From an uncultured Gammaproteobacteria bacterium (GTDB lineage Bacteria; Patescibacteriota; Patescibacteriia; HK-STAS-PATE-3): a stretch of DNA of 64,000 nucleotides. Under the pieces are notes generated by a model. It was not told the origin of the DNA and searched no databases. It saw only the letters and a program-made list of their open reading frames with translations. The stretch is taken from NCBI GenBank assembly GCA_964637345.1, contig CAZWTD010000003.1, positions 7,678 through 71,677 of the forward strand. The letters are read 5' to 3'. Both the position numbers and the translations under genes were made by a program. The number at the start of each line of letters is the position of its first letter. Positions within the stretch are counted from its first letter, which is position 1. Shown here in pieces: positions 38,403 to 47,982 of the stretch.

Positions 38403-39450
38403 ACTTTTCGGCCGCTTCTCTCGCGATATGGGTATCGACCTTGGTACGTCGAACACCCTGGTTTACGTTAAGGATAAAGGAATCGTCATTAATGAACCCT
38501 CCGTCGTTGCGATGAACACGCGCACGGATCAAATTCTTGCTGTTGGTGACGAAGCTAGGAAGATGGTCGGAAAAACTCCCGGCCATATTGTTGCAACGCG
38601 GCCACTCGTCGATGGGGTCATATCGGATTTTGAAGTCACCGAGCGCATGTTAAAGTACTTCATCGAAAAGGTCCATCGAGAAAACTCAACCCTTCTCCCT
38701 CGTCCGCGCGTTGTTATTGGAATTCCTCTTGGCGTTACGGAGGTCGAACGAAAGGCCGTTGAAGACGCGAGCCTCAACGCTGGAGCCCGCGAAGTCTATC
38801 TGATTGAAGAACCGATGGCGACCGCAATTGGCTCACGGCTTCCAATCCAAGACGCGGCCGGTACTATGGTGGTCGATATTGGAGGAGGAACAACCGAAAT
38901 TGCCGTTATCGCTCTTGGTGGAGTTGTTGCCTGGAAGTCCCTTCGGATCGCCGGAGACGAACTCAATGAAAACATTGTCCAATACGCCCGCGACCACTTC
39001 AATCTTCTACTGGGAGAACGAACTGCCGAAGATGCAAAGATACAAATCGGCGCCGCAAACGAACTGGTTGAGCCTCGAGAAACGAAGGTACGGGGCCGAG
39101 ACTTAATTAGCGGATTGCCTCGAGAAATTACGATGACCAGTCAGCACGTACTTGAAGCGACAAATCGCTCGATCCGCATGGTTATTGACGCGATAAAAAC
39201 AACGATCGAAAATACCCCGCCTGAGTTGGTTGCCGACATCTACGAGCGAGGCATTATGCTCAGCGGGGGCGGCGCCTTACTCCGCGGGCTCGATCAAACC
39301 ATTCGCCGTGAAACTCGAATACCCGTACACATCGCAGACGATCCGCTGACAACGGTTGTTCGTGGCACCGGCATCGTTCTGGATGATCTTGAAACGCTCC
39401 GAAGCGTCTTGGTGTTGTCAACACAAAATGAGAACGCCTTGAACCGCTAG
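38392..39450 (+). CDS. mreB: actin-like rod-shape protein MreB (paralog 2, in mreBCD-mrdA operon)
   Basis: 352 aa; MGIDLGTSNTLVYVKDKGIVINEPSVVAM, VVDIGGGTTEIAVI; followed by mreC. Confidence 0.85.
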   Translation: MFDKLFGRFSRDMGIDLGTSNTLVYVKDKGIVINEPSVVAMNTRTDQILAVGDEARKMVGKTPGHIVATRPLVDGVISDFEVTERMLKYFIEKVHRENSTLLPRPRVVIGIPLGVTEVERKAVEDASLNAGAREVYLIEEPMATAIGSRLPIQDAAGTMVVDIGGGTTEIAVIALGGVVAWKSLRIAGDELNENIVQYARDHFNLLLGERTAEDAKIQIGAANELVEPRETKVRGRDLISGLPREITMTSQHVLEATNRSIRMVIDAIKTTIENTPPELVADIYERGIMLSGGGALLRGLDQTIRRETRIPVHIADDPLTTVVRGTGIVLDDLETLRSVLVLSTQNENALNR

Positions 39451-39454
39451 TCGC

Positions 39455-40258
39455 ATGCCGCAACGCCGCCTGTCAGCCCGATCATTCGCTCTCCTTATCG
39501 CTTCCTGCGCTGTACTCGTCTACCTCGGGACCTTGTTTGGATTTGACGGCTGGCTTCGTTCAATTAGCTCTAGTCTGCTTCGCCCGATTCAACGTGGATT
39601 CACTGTATCCGTTCATTCCATCCAAGGCTGGTTTCAGGGAGGCGCAGACAACTCCTTGGTTGATGAACTTGAAGCGCTGCGACGTGAACGCGACCAACTT
39701 CTCGTCCGTTCGGCCGAGCTTCAAACCTCCCTCGATGAAGCGCGCCAGGCTGCAAGCGAGGCGGAATACCTCGAAGAAAGAAACTTTCAATTTCAAGTTG
39801 CCCGCGCTATCGGGCGCTCCATTGATCCGAATTCTCGAACGATTACGATTGATCAAGGAAGCGCGCGTGGAATTAAGGTCGGACAGGCCGTTGTTCTGGA
39901 GTCTGGTATTCTCATCGGGAGAGTGTCAGACATTACGAATTCAACTTCTGAAGTCACCCTTATTACAGACCGTCGCAGTCGCGTGGCGGCCATGAGTCAA
40001 AATGAACGTAACTCTCCGGGCATGATCCAGGGAGAGCTCGGCTTATCGCTAAGCTTTGAGTTGGTTCCCCAAGATGAGCCCATAGCGCCTGACGACCTTA
40101 TTGTAACATCAGGTCTCGAGCCGGGAATTCCGCGCGGGCTCGTTATTGGTCGCATTACGACCGTCCATCAAGAAAAAACGGATATTTTTCAATCAGCGTC
40201 CGTGTCTTCGCCGGCACAGCTTGATCGCATGCAAATTGTGTCGGTCATTGTCCAATGA
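39455..40258 (+). CDS. mreC: rod shape-determining protein MreC
   Basis: N-terminal TM, coiled-coil (LEALRRERDQLLVRSAELQTSLDEARQ), two beta-barrel subdomains (GIKVGQAVV..GILIGRVSDI; LIVTSGLEPGIPRGLVIGRIT). Confidence 0.8.
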   Translation: MPQRRLSARSFALLIASCAVLVYLGTLFGFDGWLRSISSSLLRPIQRGFTVSVHSIQGWFQGGADNSLVDELEALRRERDQLLVRSAELQTSLDEARQAASEAEYLEERNFQFQVARAIGRSIDPNSRTITIDQGSARGIKVGQAVVLESGILIGRVSDITNSTSEVTLITDRRSRVAAMSQNERNSPGMIQGELGLSLSFELVPQDEPIAPDDLIVTSGLEPGIPRGLVIGRITTVHQEKTDIFQSASVSSPAQLDRMQIVSVIVQ

Positions 40259-40800
40259 CGAGCATACTAACCGCTCTCAAGGTTCTGCTCATTATTTTCG
40301 CCTATGTTTTTTCTGTGGCCGTTCTTAATGAATTACCGGGTTGGTGGCCATACCTTGAGCTCTGGCTGCTTCCAGTTTTCCTTCTAAGCTACGAACGACC
40401 GCGCCTTGCTCTCTGGCTGGCGCTTAGCCTTGGGTGGCTTGCCAATGGATACTATGCATCAGCGAACGGTTTGCCCGTATTACTCTTGCCACTCGTCGCG
40501 GCAATTCTCGTTTTTGTCCACGCGAACTGGAAGACCCACCGCCCCATGCTCCGCGTTGTAGGCACGCTTCTCCTTGGAACATTTCTCTACCATTTTCTTG
40601 GACTGGCGTACGAGTTTATTGCTAGCGTTATCCTCGGGTCTGAATTACTCCCGGCCAGAGCGCTTGATGTCGTTTCCTCAATACCAAAATTTTTACTCAT
40701 GAATCTTGCTGGCGGAATCCTGCTTCAGTCTTTCGTGCGAAAAGTTTTTCAGGATGAAGAACCAAGTCACTATGGCTCGCGATCCCCAATATTCTCATAA
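40255..40800 (+). CDS. mreD: rod shape-determining protein MreD-like membrane protein
   Basis: 181 aa, 5 TM, no strong motifs; assignment by position between mreC and PBP2 and ATGA coupling. Confidence 0.5.
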   Translation: MTSILTALKVLLIIFAYVFSVAVLNELPGWWPYLELWLLPVFLLSYERPRLALWLALSLGWLANGYYASANGLPVLLLPLVAAILVFVHANWKTHRPMLRVVGTLLLGTFLYHFLGLAYEFIASVILGSELLPARALDVVSSIPKFLLMNLAGGILLQSFVRKVFQDEEPSHYGSRSPIFS

Positions 40801-42715
40801 TCCCTTTCTCGATGCTCCGAGAAGCGACCGCCGTTTCGGTTCGGTTCGCCGATCTATGCGTGGCGCCGTCGTTTTCGACGGCGCGCCAATTCGAGATCCA
40901 AAAACTGACGCCGGGGCAACGCCGCATCTGTCTTCGCGACTTTTTGCGTGGATGACCCTTCTTGCCTGCCTCTTCCTAACTGGCCGTGCTTTTTTCCTCC
41001 AGGTTGTCCAGGGAGCCGAACGTCTCGACCAAGCGGAACACAACCGCATCCGCCGAGAAATCGAGCCGGCAATGCGAGGTATATTCTACGATAGAAATAA
41101 TGAGCCGCTCGTAAAAAACATCCCAAACTTTACGGTTTCTGTGTTACCGTATCTCCTCCCGAAAGAGGGCGAGGAGGAAAAGGAGCTTATCAACCGTCTC
41201 TGCCAAATTCTTGGGGTCTCGAGCGAAGAAACCTTGCGCGCAATTCATGAAGCCGGCGAGAATTCTCGAAACCTTGTTCTCGTCGCTGAGCACGTCTCAA
41301 CGAATAACGCGATTCTTCTGAGTACACAAATTGATTCCTACCCGGGAATCTCGCTTCAAACTGTAGCCGTTCGTGACTATTTCGACGGCCCCGCTATTTC
41401 GCAGGTTCTTGGGTACGTTGGGCGCGTTACCGATCGCGACCTGAGCGAGCACGCAGGGGAATACTCACGAATCGACTATATCGGTAAAACCGGACTGGAG
41501 TATAGCTACGAATCGCGTCTTCGCGGAGTTCAGGGCTACCGCGACGTCGAGCGAGATCATCTTAATCGAGAGAAGCGAGTTATCGCCAATGTCCCGTCTA
41601 TCCCGGGAACGAACCTTCAAACCACAATTGATCGCCGCGTACAAAACGCCTTGGCCGGAGCCTTAGCTGAGGTGATACAACGGACCGGTGCGCCCGGCGG
41701 GGCAGCGGTTGCTCTAGACCCGCGAGATGGGGGAGTGCTTGCTCTTGTGAGTGCCCCGAGCTTCGACAGCAACGCTTTTGTTCAGGGCTTAAGCTCAGAA
41801 GAGTATCAAGGGCTTCTGAATGACCCAACGAAACCATTCTTAAACCGGGCGATTACCGGAACCTATCCTTCTGGATCGACAATAAAGCCGCTGGTTGCTT
41901 CTGCTGCGCTTCAGGAACACATAGTTACCCCGAGCACCATTATTCAAAGCTCGGGCGGCATCCGAATTGACCAGTGGTACTTTCCTGACTGGAAAGCGGG
42001 AGGTCATGGCCCAACAAATGTAGCGAAAGCTCTAGCAGAGTCCGTCAACACCTATTTCTACTCCGTGGGCGGAGGAACTGATACCATGGACGGACTGGGT
42101 GTCGACCGCCTCAATCGCTACATGAAGTTGTTTGGGCTCGATGCAAGGCTCGGCATTGACCTTCCGAACGAGCAAGCGGGATTTCTTCCTTCAAAAGAAT
42201 GGAAACGAGAGGTGAAGAACGAACCTTGGTATATTGGCGACACCTACCATTACGCGATCGGTCAAGGCGATGTACTCGTTACGCCCCTCCAAATTGCCAA
42301 CGCAACAGCCGCGATAGCGAATGGCGGTACGCTTTACCAGCCGCACATAGCGCGAACCTGGCTCGACTCCTCGCTTCAGCCTATCGAAGGTATTCAGCCA
42401 AAAATTCTTCGGGATAACTTTATCCAGACGGAACACCTCGCAGCGGTTCGCCAGGGCTTGCGACAAGCGGTAACTGATGGAAGTGCTCGCGCCTTAGGCT
42501 CTTTTCCAATTCCCATTGCAGCGAAAACTGGTACTGCCGAAATCGGGGAAACTAAAAAAACCCATGCTTGGTTTACATCGTTCGCCCCCTACGATGCGCC
42601 GGAGATTGTTATTACCGTCATTGTAGAACAGGGCGGCGAAGGGCACGCAGCGGCTCTCCCGGTAGCGGCTGCGGGGTACCGGGCATACTTTGGCCTTGAT
42701 TCCCAGAACCCTTGA
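40754..42715 (+). CDS. mrdA: penicillin-binding protein 2 (class B transpeptidase)
   Basis: N-terminal TM (LFAWMTLLACLFLTG), PBP dimerisation domain, transpeptidase motifs SxxK (GSTIKPL), SxN (AESVNTYF), KTG (AAKTGTAEI). Start ATG 40754 or 40772 inside mreD 3' end. Confidence 0.85.
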   Translation: MKNQVTMARDPQYSHNPFLDAPRSDRRFGSVRRSMRGAVVFDGAPIRDPKTDAGATPHLSSRLFAWMTLLACLFLTGRAFFLQVVQGAERLDQAEHNRIRREIEPAMRGIFYDRNNEPLVKNIPNFTVSVLPYLLPKEGEEEKELINRLCQILGVSSEETLRAIHEAGENSRNLVLVAEHVSTNNAILLSTQIDSYPGISLQTVAVRDYFDGPAISQVLGYVGRVTDRDLSEHAGEYSRIDYIGKTGLEYSYESRLRGVQGYRDVERDHLNREKRVIANVPSIPGTNLQTTIDRRVQNALAGALAEVIQRTGAPGGAAVALDPRDGGVLALVSAPSFDSNAFVQGLSSEEYQGLLNDPTKPFLNRAITGTYPSGSTIKPLVASAALQEHIVTPSTIIQSSGGIRIDQWYFPDWKAGGHGPTNVAKALAESVNTYFYSVGGGTDTMDGLGVDRLNRYMKLFGLDARLGIDLPNEQAGFLPSKEWKREVKNEPWYIGDTYHYAIGQGDVLVTPLQIANATAAIANGGTLYQPHIARTWLDSSLQPIEGIQPKILRDNFIQTEHLAAVRQGLRQAVTDGSARALGSFPIPIAAKTGTAEIGETKKTHAWFTSFAPYDAPEIVITVIVEQGGEGHAAALPVAAAGYRAYFGLDSQNP

Positions 42716-42740
42716 CGTTATTTCGCTACAGCGGTAGAAT
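42712..42740 (+). promoter_or_regulatory. putative sigma-70 promoter for greA (TTGACG-N17-TAGAAT)
   Basis: -35 overlaps the mrdA stop region; 17-nt spacer; -10 TAGAAT 42735-42740; ATG of greA at 42791. Confidence 0.45.
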
Positions 42741-42790
42741 CCGGGACGCAGTATTTTGTTCTGCTCCATTTTTTTGCACGATCGACTGAT

Positions 42791-43255
42791 ATGAATACCC
42801 CTACCTATTTAACCAAAGACGGACTGCTTAAGGTTCAAGAAGAGCTCGAGCAGCTAAAAACGAAAAAACGCAAGGAAATTGCTTGGCGTATCCAAGAAGC
42901 AAAAGAGCTTGGCGACTTGTCGGAAAACGCTGAATACACTGAAGCGAAAAATGAGCAGGCGTTTATTGAAGGTAGAATCGCCGAACTTGACCTCATTCTC
43001 AAGAACACAGTATTGATCGACGAAACAACGCCGCGAGATACCGTCTCAATCGGCACTACGGTGGTTGTTGAGTTTGACGATCAACGACGCCAGTCGTACA
43101 CCATTGTCGGATCGAATGAAGTTGATCCAGCGCTTGGTAAAATTTCGAACGAGTCTCCCTTAGGTAAGGCCTTCCTGGGCCATAAGGTTGGGGAAACGGT
43201 AACAATTACCGTTCCCAAGGGATCGGCCACGGTTCGCATTCTTACGATTGAATAG
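42791..43255 (+). CDS. greA: transcription elongation factor GreA
   Basis: 154 aa; N-terminal coiled coil with acidic tip (DLSENAEY), C-terminal FKBP-like domain. Confidence 0.9.
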   Translation: MNTPTYLTKDGLLKVQEELEQLKTKKRKEIAWRIQEAKELGDLSENAEYTEAKNEQAFIEGRIAELDLILKNTVLIDETTPRDTVSIGTTVVVEFDDQRRQSYTIVGSNEVDPALGKISNESPLGKAFLGHKVGETVTITVPKGSATVRILTIE

Positions 43256-43277
43256 CGGCTTTTGTTTAGTTGCCGGA

Positions 43278-43320
43278 CCCCTCTCCGCGTGCTAAACTCG
43301 GGAGGCTTTTGACTTCGTTT
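43278..43320 (+). terminator. possible intrinsic terminator after greA (imperfect GC-rich stem CCCCTCTCCG...CGGGAGG followed by CTTTTGACTTCGTTTTCT)
   Basis: Stem-loop plus U-rich tract seen directly between greA stop and serS ATG; stem imperfect (one bulge), so low confidence. Confidence 0.3.
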
Positions 43321-43326
43321 TCTCGT

Positions 43327-44601
43327 ATGCTTGATCGAAAATTCATCCAGCAACATCCTGACCGGGTTGAAGCAGCGCTCCGAGAGAAGGGAATTTCCTT
43401 CGACCTCAAGGCTTTTCTCAACGACCTTGAAGAGCAGCGCAGCCTGAAGATACAGCTTGAGGAGCTCAACGCTGAACGAAACACACTCAGCAAAGGCGGG
43501 AAGCCAGCTGATCCTGAGCGAGCTCGAGCCGTGAAGGACAAACACCGAGAAGTCAAACTCGCTTTCGACCGTCTTGATGAGAATATTCGAGCGAACGAAC
43601 TTCGCATTCCCAATCTCCCCTGGGACGGCGCGCCCAAAGGTCAGGACGCTAGTGCGAACAGGGTTATTCGAGAAGTAGGGAAGCCGAAACACTTCTCTTT
43701 TCCTCCAAAAAATCATATCGAGCTCGGACAGGCACTTCAGCTACTTGATCTCGAGCGCGGAGCTCAAACCTCAGGCTTCCGTGGCTACTATCTAAAAAAC
43801 GAAGCGGTTCTCCTACAGCTCGGTTTACTGTCTTTGGCTGTGCAACGGCTCCAGCGAGCAGGGTTTAGCTTAATGGTCCCTCCCGCGCTCGTTCGAGAGT
43901 TCGCGCTCATTGGGAGTGGACATCTTCCCTTTGGGCGCGATGAAGTGTATCAACTTACAACGACGAAGCACGAAAACGACGGACTCCAATTCCTCGCCGG
44001 AACATCAGAGCCCTCTCTCTTAGCCTATTACGCGAACACGACACTCGACGCATCACAACTTCCCATACGGCTATGCGGGATCTCGCCGTGCTTTCGTTCA
44101 GAAATCGGTAGCTACGGAAAAGACACGAAAGGCCTCTACCGTGTTCATGAATTCATGAAGGTTGAGCAGGTTGTCTTATCGGCCCCAAACCTCGAAGGTT
44201 CAAACGCCCTGTTTGACGAAATGCTCGGCCACGCAGAGTCGCTCCTCAACGACCTTGAGTTGCCGTATCGGCTCATTGAAACGTCAACCGGAGACATGGG
44301 CGCTGGCAAATACCGAATGGTTGATATTGAAACGTGGATGCCGGGCCGAAATGGGTACGGCGAAACCCACTCGAATTCGCACTTGACCGATTGGCAGGCT
44401 CGCCGCCTGGCCATTCGCACGAGGGGAGGGGAGTCCGCTCAAGAAACGGCTTTCGTCCACACCCTCAACAACACCATGATCGCCTCGCCGCGAATTCTCA
44501 TTGCCATCCTCGAGAACTACCAACGGGCCGATGGGACGATTGATGTTCCTCATCTTCTTCAACCCTTTGTCGGGAAAAAACGCATTTCAGGTGCAGCATG
44601 A
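43327..44601 (+). CDS. serS: seryl-tRNA synthetase
   Basis: Start at internal ATG 43327 (MLDRKFIQQHPDRVEAALREKG aligns with SerRS N-terminus); coiled-coil arm, class II motifs 1-3 (e.g. GISPCFRSE, TLNNTMIASPR). Confidence 0.9.
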   Translation: MLDRKFIQQHPDRVEAALREKGISFDLKAFLNDLEEQRSLKIQLEELNAERNTLSKGGKPADPERARAVKDKHREVKLAFDRLDENIRANELRIPNLPWDGAPKGQDASANRVIREVGKPKHFSFPPKNHIELGQALQLLDLERGAQTSGFRGYYLKNEAVLLQLGLLSLAVQRLQRAGFSLMVPPALVREFALIGSGHLPFGRDEVYQLTTTKHENDGLQFLAGTSEPSLLAYYANTTLDASQLPIRLCGISPCFRSEIGSYGKDTKGLYRVHEFMKVEQVVLSAPNLEGSNALFDEMLGHAESLLNDLELPYRLIETSTGDMGAGKYRMVDIETWMPGRNGYGETHSNSHLTDWQARRLAIRTRGGESAQETAFVHTLNNTMIASPRILIAILENYQRADGTIDVPHLLQPFVGKKRISGAA

Positions 44602-45725
44602 AGGAACCGCTAACCTGGCTTGAGATAAGCCGGGGAGCCCTTCGAGCAAACGCTCGGGCCTTTCGGCAACTCGTCGGGCGAAAAACACACGTCATGGCAG
44701 TTGTGAAAAGCAACGCCTACGGACACGGAGTAGAGCAGGTTGTCGACTCCCTCAAAGGTTACGTTGATTGGTTTGGTGTTGCGAATCTCACGGAAGCCCT
44801 TGAACTCCGAACTCACGATCGTTTTACCCCGATCCTTGTTTTAAGTTACTGGACCCCCGACCAGTGGCAACTGGCGGCGCAACACGCTATCGAGCTTGGC
44901 CTCTATTCGCTTGACCAAGTCCGAAGCTTATCCCGACTCATGCGGAACAGTCGAAAAACGATTCGCTGCCAACTAAAGCTCGATGTCGGAACCTCGCGTG
45001 TTGGACTTTCTGAATCCGACCTGGGTCAAGCCTGCACTATTCTCAAGCGCAACCCGCGAATACGCATTACCGGAGCCTACTCTCACTTTGCTGACGCGGA
45101 AAATACAGATCAGCATTTTACCAATCTCCAGCTTCGAACCTTTACCTCACGCGTTGCTTTTCTTGAATCGCAACTAGGGCCGATTCCGCATACGCATATT
45201 GCCTGTACTGCCGCCGCATTAATGAACGAGAGGTCCCGGCTTGGGATGGTGCGAATTGGAATAGGGATCTATGGGATCTGGCCAGACCAGTCTGTGCAAA
45301 GATGGATGCAACGACAAGCGCTCCGCTTTACCCTCACGCCGGCGCTGAGTTGGAAAACCCGGCTTATCCAGGTCAAAAGCCTAACTGCTGGAACAACAAT
45401 TGGCTACGGCCGAAGCCACCGTCTGAAAAGACAAACTGTCGTGGGGATCTTGCCCATTGGCTATAACGAAGGGTTCGACCGGCGTTTTTCTAATCTTGGT
45501 CAGGTTATTGTGAATAAAAAACGCGTTCCTGTTTTAGGCCGCGTATGTATGAACCTTACCATGGTGGGAGTAGGGGAGGGGGCTCGACCCGGTGACGAGG
45601 TGACGCTTCTCGGGGGAGACGCAAAAAAGAGAAGCGCGGAAGAAGCGGCGGCGGAAATTGGAACAATTGCCTACGAACTTGTTACCCGCATTCCGGCTTC
45701 ACTCCCGCGCCGGCTTGTGCCATAA
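44598..45725 (+). CDS. alr: alanine racemase
   Basis: PLP-lysine motif VMAVVKSNAYGHG, TIM-barrel plus C-terminal beta domain (PVLGRVCMNLTMV); ATGA overlap with serS. Confidence 0.85.
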   Translation: MKEPLTWLEISRGALRANARAFRQLVGRKTHVMAVVKSNAYGHGVEQVVDSLKGYVDWFGVANLTEALELRTHDRFTPILVLSYWTPDQWQLAAQHAIELGLYSLDQVRSLSRLMRNSRKTIRCQLKLDVGTSRVGLSESDLGQACTILKRNPRIRITGAYSHFADAENTDQHFTNLQLRTFTSRVAFLESQLGPIPHTHIACTAAALMNERSRLGMVRIGIGIYGIWPDQSVQRWMQRQALRFTLTPALSWKTRLIQVKSLTAGTTIGYGRSHRLKRQTVVGILPIGYNEGFDRRFSNLGQVIVNKKRVPVLGRVCMNLTMVGVGEGARPGDEVTLLGGDAKKRSAEEAAAEIGTIAYELVTRIPASLPRRLVP

Positions 45726-45732
45726 TGAGGTC

Positions 45733-46854
45733 GTGAAACCACGGAAACGAAAACTACGCGTTGGCCTTCTGTTTGGCGGTCGCTCGGCTGAACATGAGGT
45801 TTCGGTTGCTTCAGCTCGAGCCGTTTATGAGGCTCTTGATCGTCGAAAATACGAGGTTGCGCTGATCGGAATTTCTCGCTCTGGTCGCTGGATGCTTGGA
45901 TCAGCCGATCGGCTTCTTTCGCTTGGTACGCTTCCTAATCGCGCAACAGTAACGCTCTTGCCCGATCCGACGACCCGAGGGTTGACCGGACTTGCGAAAT
46001 TACAAGCCGGGCCTCGCCTTGATGTTATTCTCCCGATTCTCCACGGCACATACGGCGAGGACGGAACGATTCAAGGACTATTTGACCTCGCCGCAATTCC
46101 CTATGTCGGCTCAGGCGTACTTGGTTCGTCTGTCGGAATGGACAAGGTCCTTCAAAAACAGCTTTTCAGGGCAAGCGGGCTCCCAGTTGCCCCCTTCATC
46201 TGGTTTCGGGAATACGAATGGGAACGTAAACCTAAAGATATTTTGCGTCAAATCACGTCACAACTCCGTGCTCCGTATTTTGTAAAACCGGTGAACGCTG
46301 GATCCTCAATTGGCATCACGAAGGTATCTCAAGCCTCTGGACTAGCTTCTGCGATTCGTACTGCGCTGATCTATGATGAAAAAATTATTGTGGAAAGCGG
46401 AATTCCTCGCCCACGAGAATTTGACTGTGCGATCCTCGGTAATGACGCTCCGATTGCTTCGGGGGTTGCTGAAATCATTCCCAAGGCCGATTTCTACGAT
46501 TACCAGGCGAAATACGCTGACAATGCCACAGAAATTCTTATCCCCGCAACAATTACAGTAAAACTACGACGCGAAATTCAACAATTATCGCTCGAAGCAT
46601 TTCGCATCGTGAACGCCTATGGACTCGCGCGCGTTGAATTTCTCTACGGCCAGGGCAAACTTTACCTAAGCGAGGTGAATACGCTACCGGGATTTACGAG
46701 TCACAGTATTTATCCACGGCTCTGGGCGGCTGAAGGTTTAACGTATAGCGCGCTCCTTGACCGACTTATTCAACTTGCCCTGGAACGAGCGGCACGGCGT
46801 GGTCGCAGATCAGTAGACTATCGACCACGTCATTCTGATCAAGCGCGGTCATGA
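45733..46854 (+). CDS. ddl: D-alanine--D-alanine ligase
   Basis: GTG start 45733 just after alr stop; KLRVGLLFGGRSAEHEVSVASA N-domain, ATP-grasp central and C-terminal domains (EVNTLPGFTSHSIYP). Confidence 0.85.
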   Translation: MKPRKRKLRVGLLFGGRSAEHEVSVASARAVYEALDRRKYEVALIGISRSGRWMLGSADRLLSLGTLPNRATVTLLPDPTTRGLTGLAKLQAGPRLDVILPILHGTYGEDGTIQGLFDLAAIPYVGSGVLGSSVGMDKVLQKQLFRASGLPVAPFIWFREYEWERKPKDILRQITSQLRAPYFVKPVNAGSSIGITKVSQASGLASAIRTALIYDEKIIVESGIPRPREFDCAILGNDAPIASGVAEIIPKADFYDYQAKYADNATEILIPATITVKLRREIQQLSLEAFRIVNAYGLARVEFLYGQGKLYLSEVNTLPGFTSHSIYPRLWAAEGLTYSALLDRLIQLALERAARRGRRSVDYRPRHSDQARS

Positions 46855-47867
46855 AGCTTGCGTTCCGCCGTCGAAGACGCCGCCTTCCCGAATCCCGCGA
46901 AACGCTAAGTCGACGGAATCCATACTTTCCTGGTGGAGCGGAGCAGGGGAGAGCTCGCTTTCGTTACCGCCTTTATCTCCTTGAGCTCACGGGAGTCTTC
47001 GTTCTCCTGGCGTATCTTATTCTGTACTCTCCATTATTTCGTATTCGCGAAGTTCAAGTCTACGCCGGGGAATTTAGCGCCTCAACCCTAGCAGCGCGCG
47101 TGAATGATCTTGTGCAGCGTCGCCGAACGCTCGGAATATTTCCCGTTGGGAACTATTTGCTTCTGCGTCCGTCGTGGCTGAGTCGAGAAATTCAAATTGC
47201 ATATCAAGACTCCATTTCTTTTAAAACGATTCGAGTAACCAAAGTTTTCCCGAACATCATTCACGTCACCGTAGAAGAACGCGGGCCGAGTTTTCTTTGG
47301 AAGCAAGGAAACGACATTTTTGGAGTTGACGAAGAGGGGACAGCAATTCGAAAATACGGTCCTGAAGAAGAAATTCCGAACCTTGTCCAACTGATCAATG
47401 ACAACGAGCAGGAATTAACGCTTGGGTCAGTCCTTGTCCGATCGGATATTCCTCAACTCCTAGAACAGATAAAGAACAGCGTAGAATCAATTGGTTATTC
47501 CGTAAGCGCTATTCACATTCCCACGTTTTCTTGCCTTGAGCGCACACCTACTCCGATTGAAGAAAATGCCGAGGCCCTAGATTCGCCTAGGACGAATACA
47601 AACGTATCAGGATACCTTGAGAATGCGAATAAAACCTCGGCTGATTCCAATACCGGGATAGAGAGCACGTGCTCCATCCAAGCCCTGGTTCAGGAGGCCC
47701 AAGAACTTCACGTAGAGCTTACGGACGCCGCGAAGATCCTTCTTGTGCCAAACGAACTCGACGCACAACTTGAAAAACTTCGCCGTGCTGTTCAGGATGC
47801 AAAATTAGACCTTAAACGGCTCTCATACGTTGATCTACGCTTCGGGGAGAGGGTTTACTATAAATAG
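46851..47867 (+). CDS. ftsQ: FtsQ/DivIB-like cell division protein (POTRA domain)
   Basis: Basic cytoplasmic N-term, single TM (LLELTGVFVLLAYLILY), POTRA-like segment (IREVQVYAGEF...VNDLVQRR), position after ddl as in dcw clusters; C-terminal part low-complexity, assignment partly by synteny. Confidence 0.55.
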   Translation: MKLAFRRRRRRLPESRETLSRRNPYFPGGAEQGRARFRYRLYLLELTGVFVLLAYLILYSPLFRIREVQVYAGEFSASTLAARVNDLVQRRRTLGIFPVGNYLLLRPSWLSREIQIAYQDSISFKTIRVTKVFPNIIHVTVEERGPSFLWKQGNDIFGVDEEGTAIRKYGPEEEIPNLVQLINDNEQELTLGSVLVRSDIPQLLEQIKNSVESIGYSVSAIHIPTFSCLERTPTPIEENAEALDSPRTNTNVSGYLENANKTSADSNTGIESTCSIQALVQEAQELHVELTDAAKILLVPNELDAQLEKLRRAVQDAKLDLKRLSYVDLRFGERVYYK

Positions 47868-47982
47868 AGATACGAAGGCCTATAAAGCAAAATAGGGCCT
47901 AATTCCGTATAGGAAACCCTTTTGCGACGTAGAAGATATATTGTGCGACTCATAAGCAAGTACGACGAAAGCTCTCCCCTGG

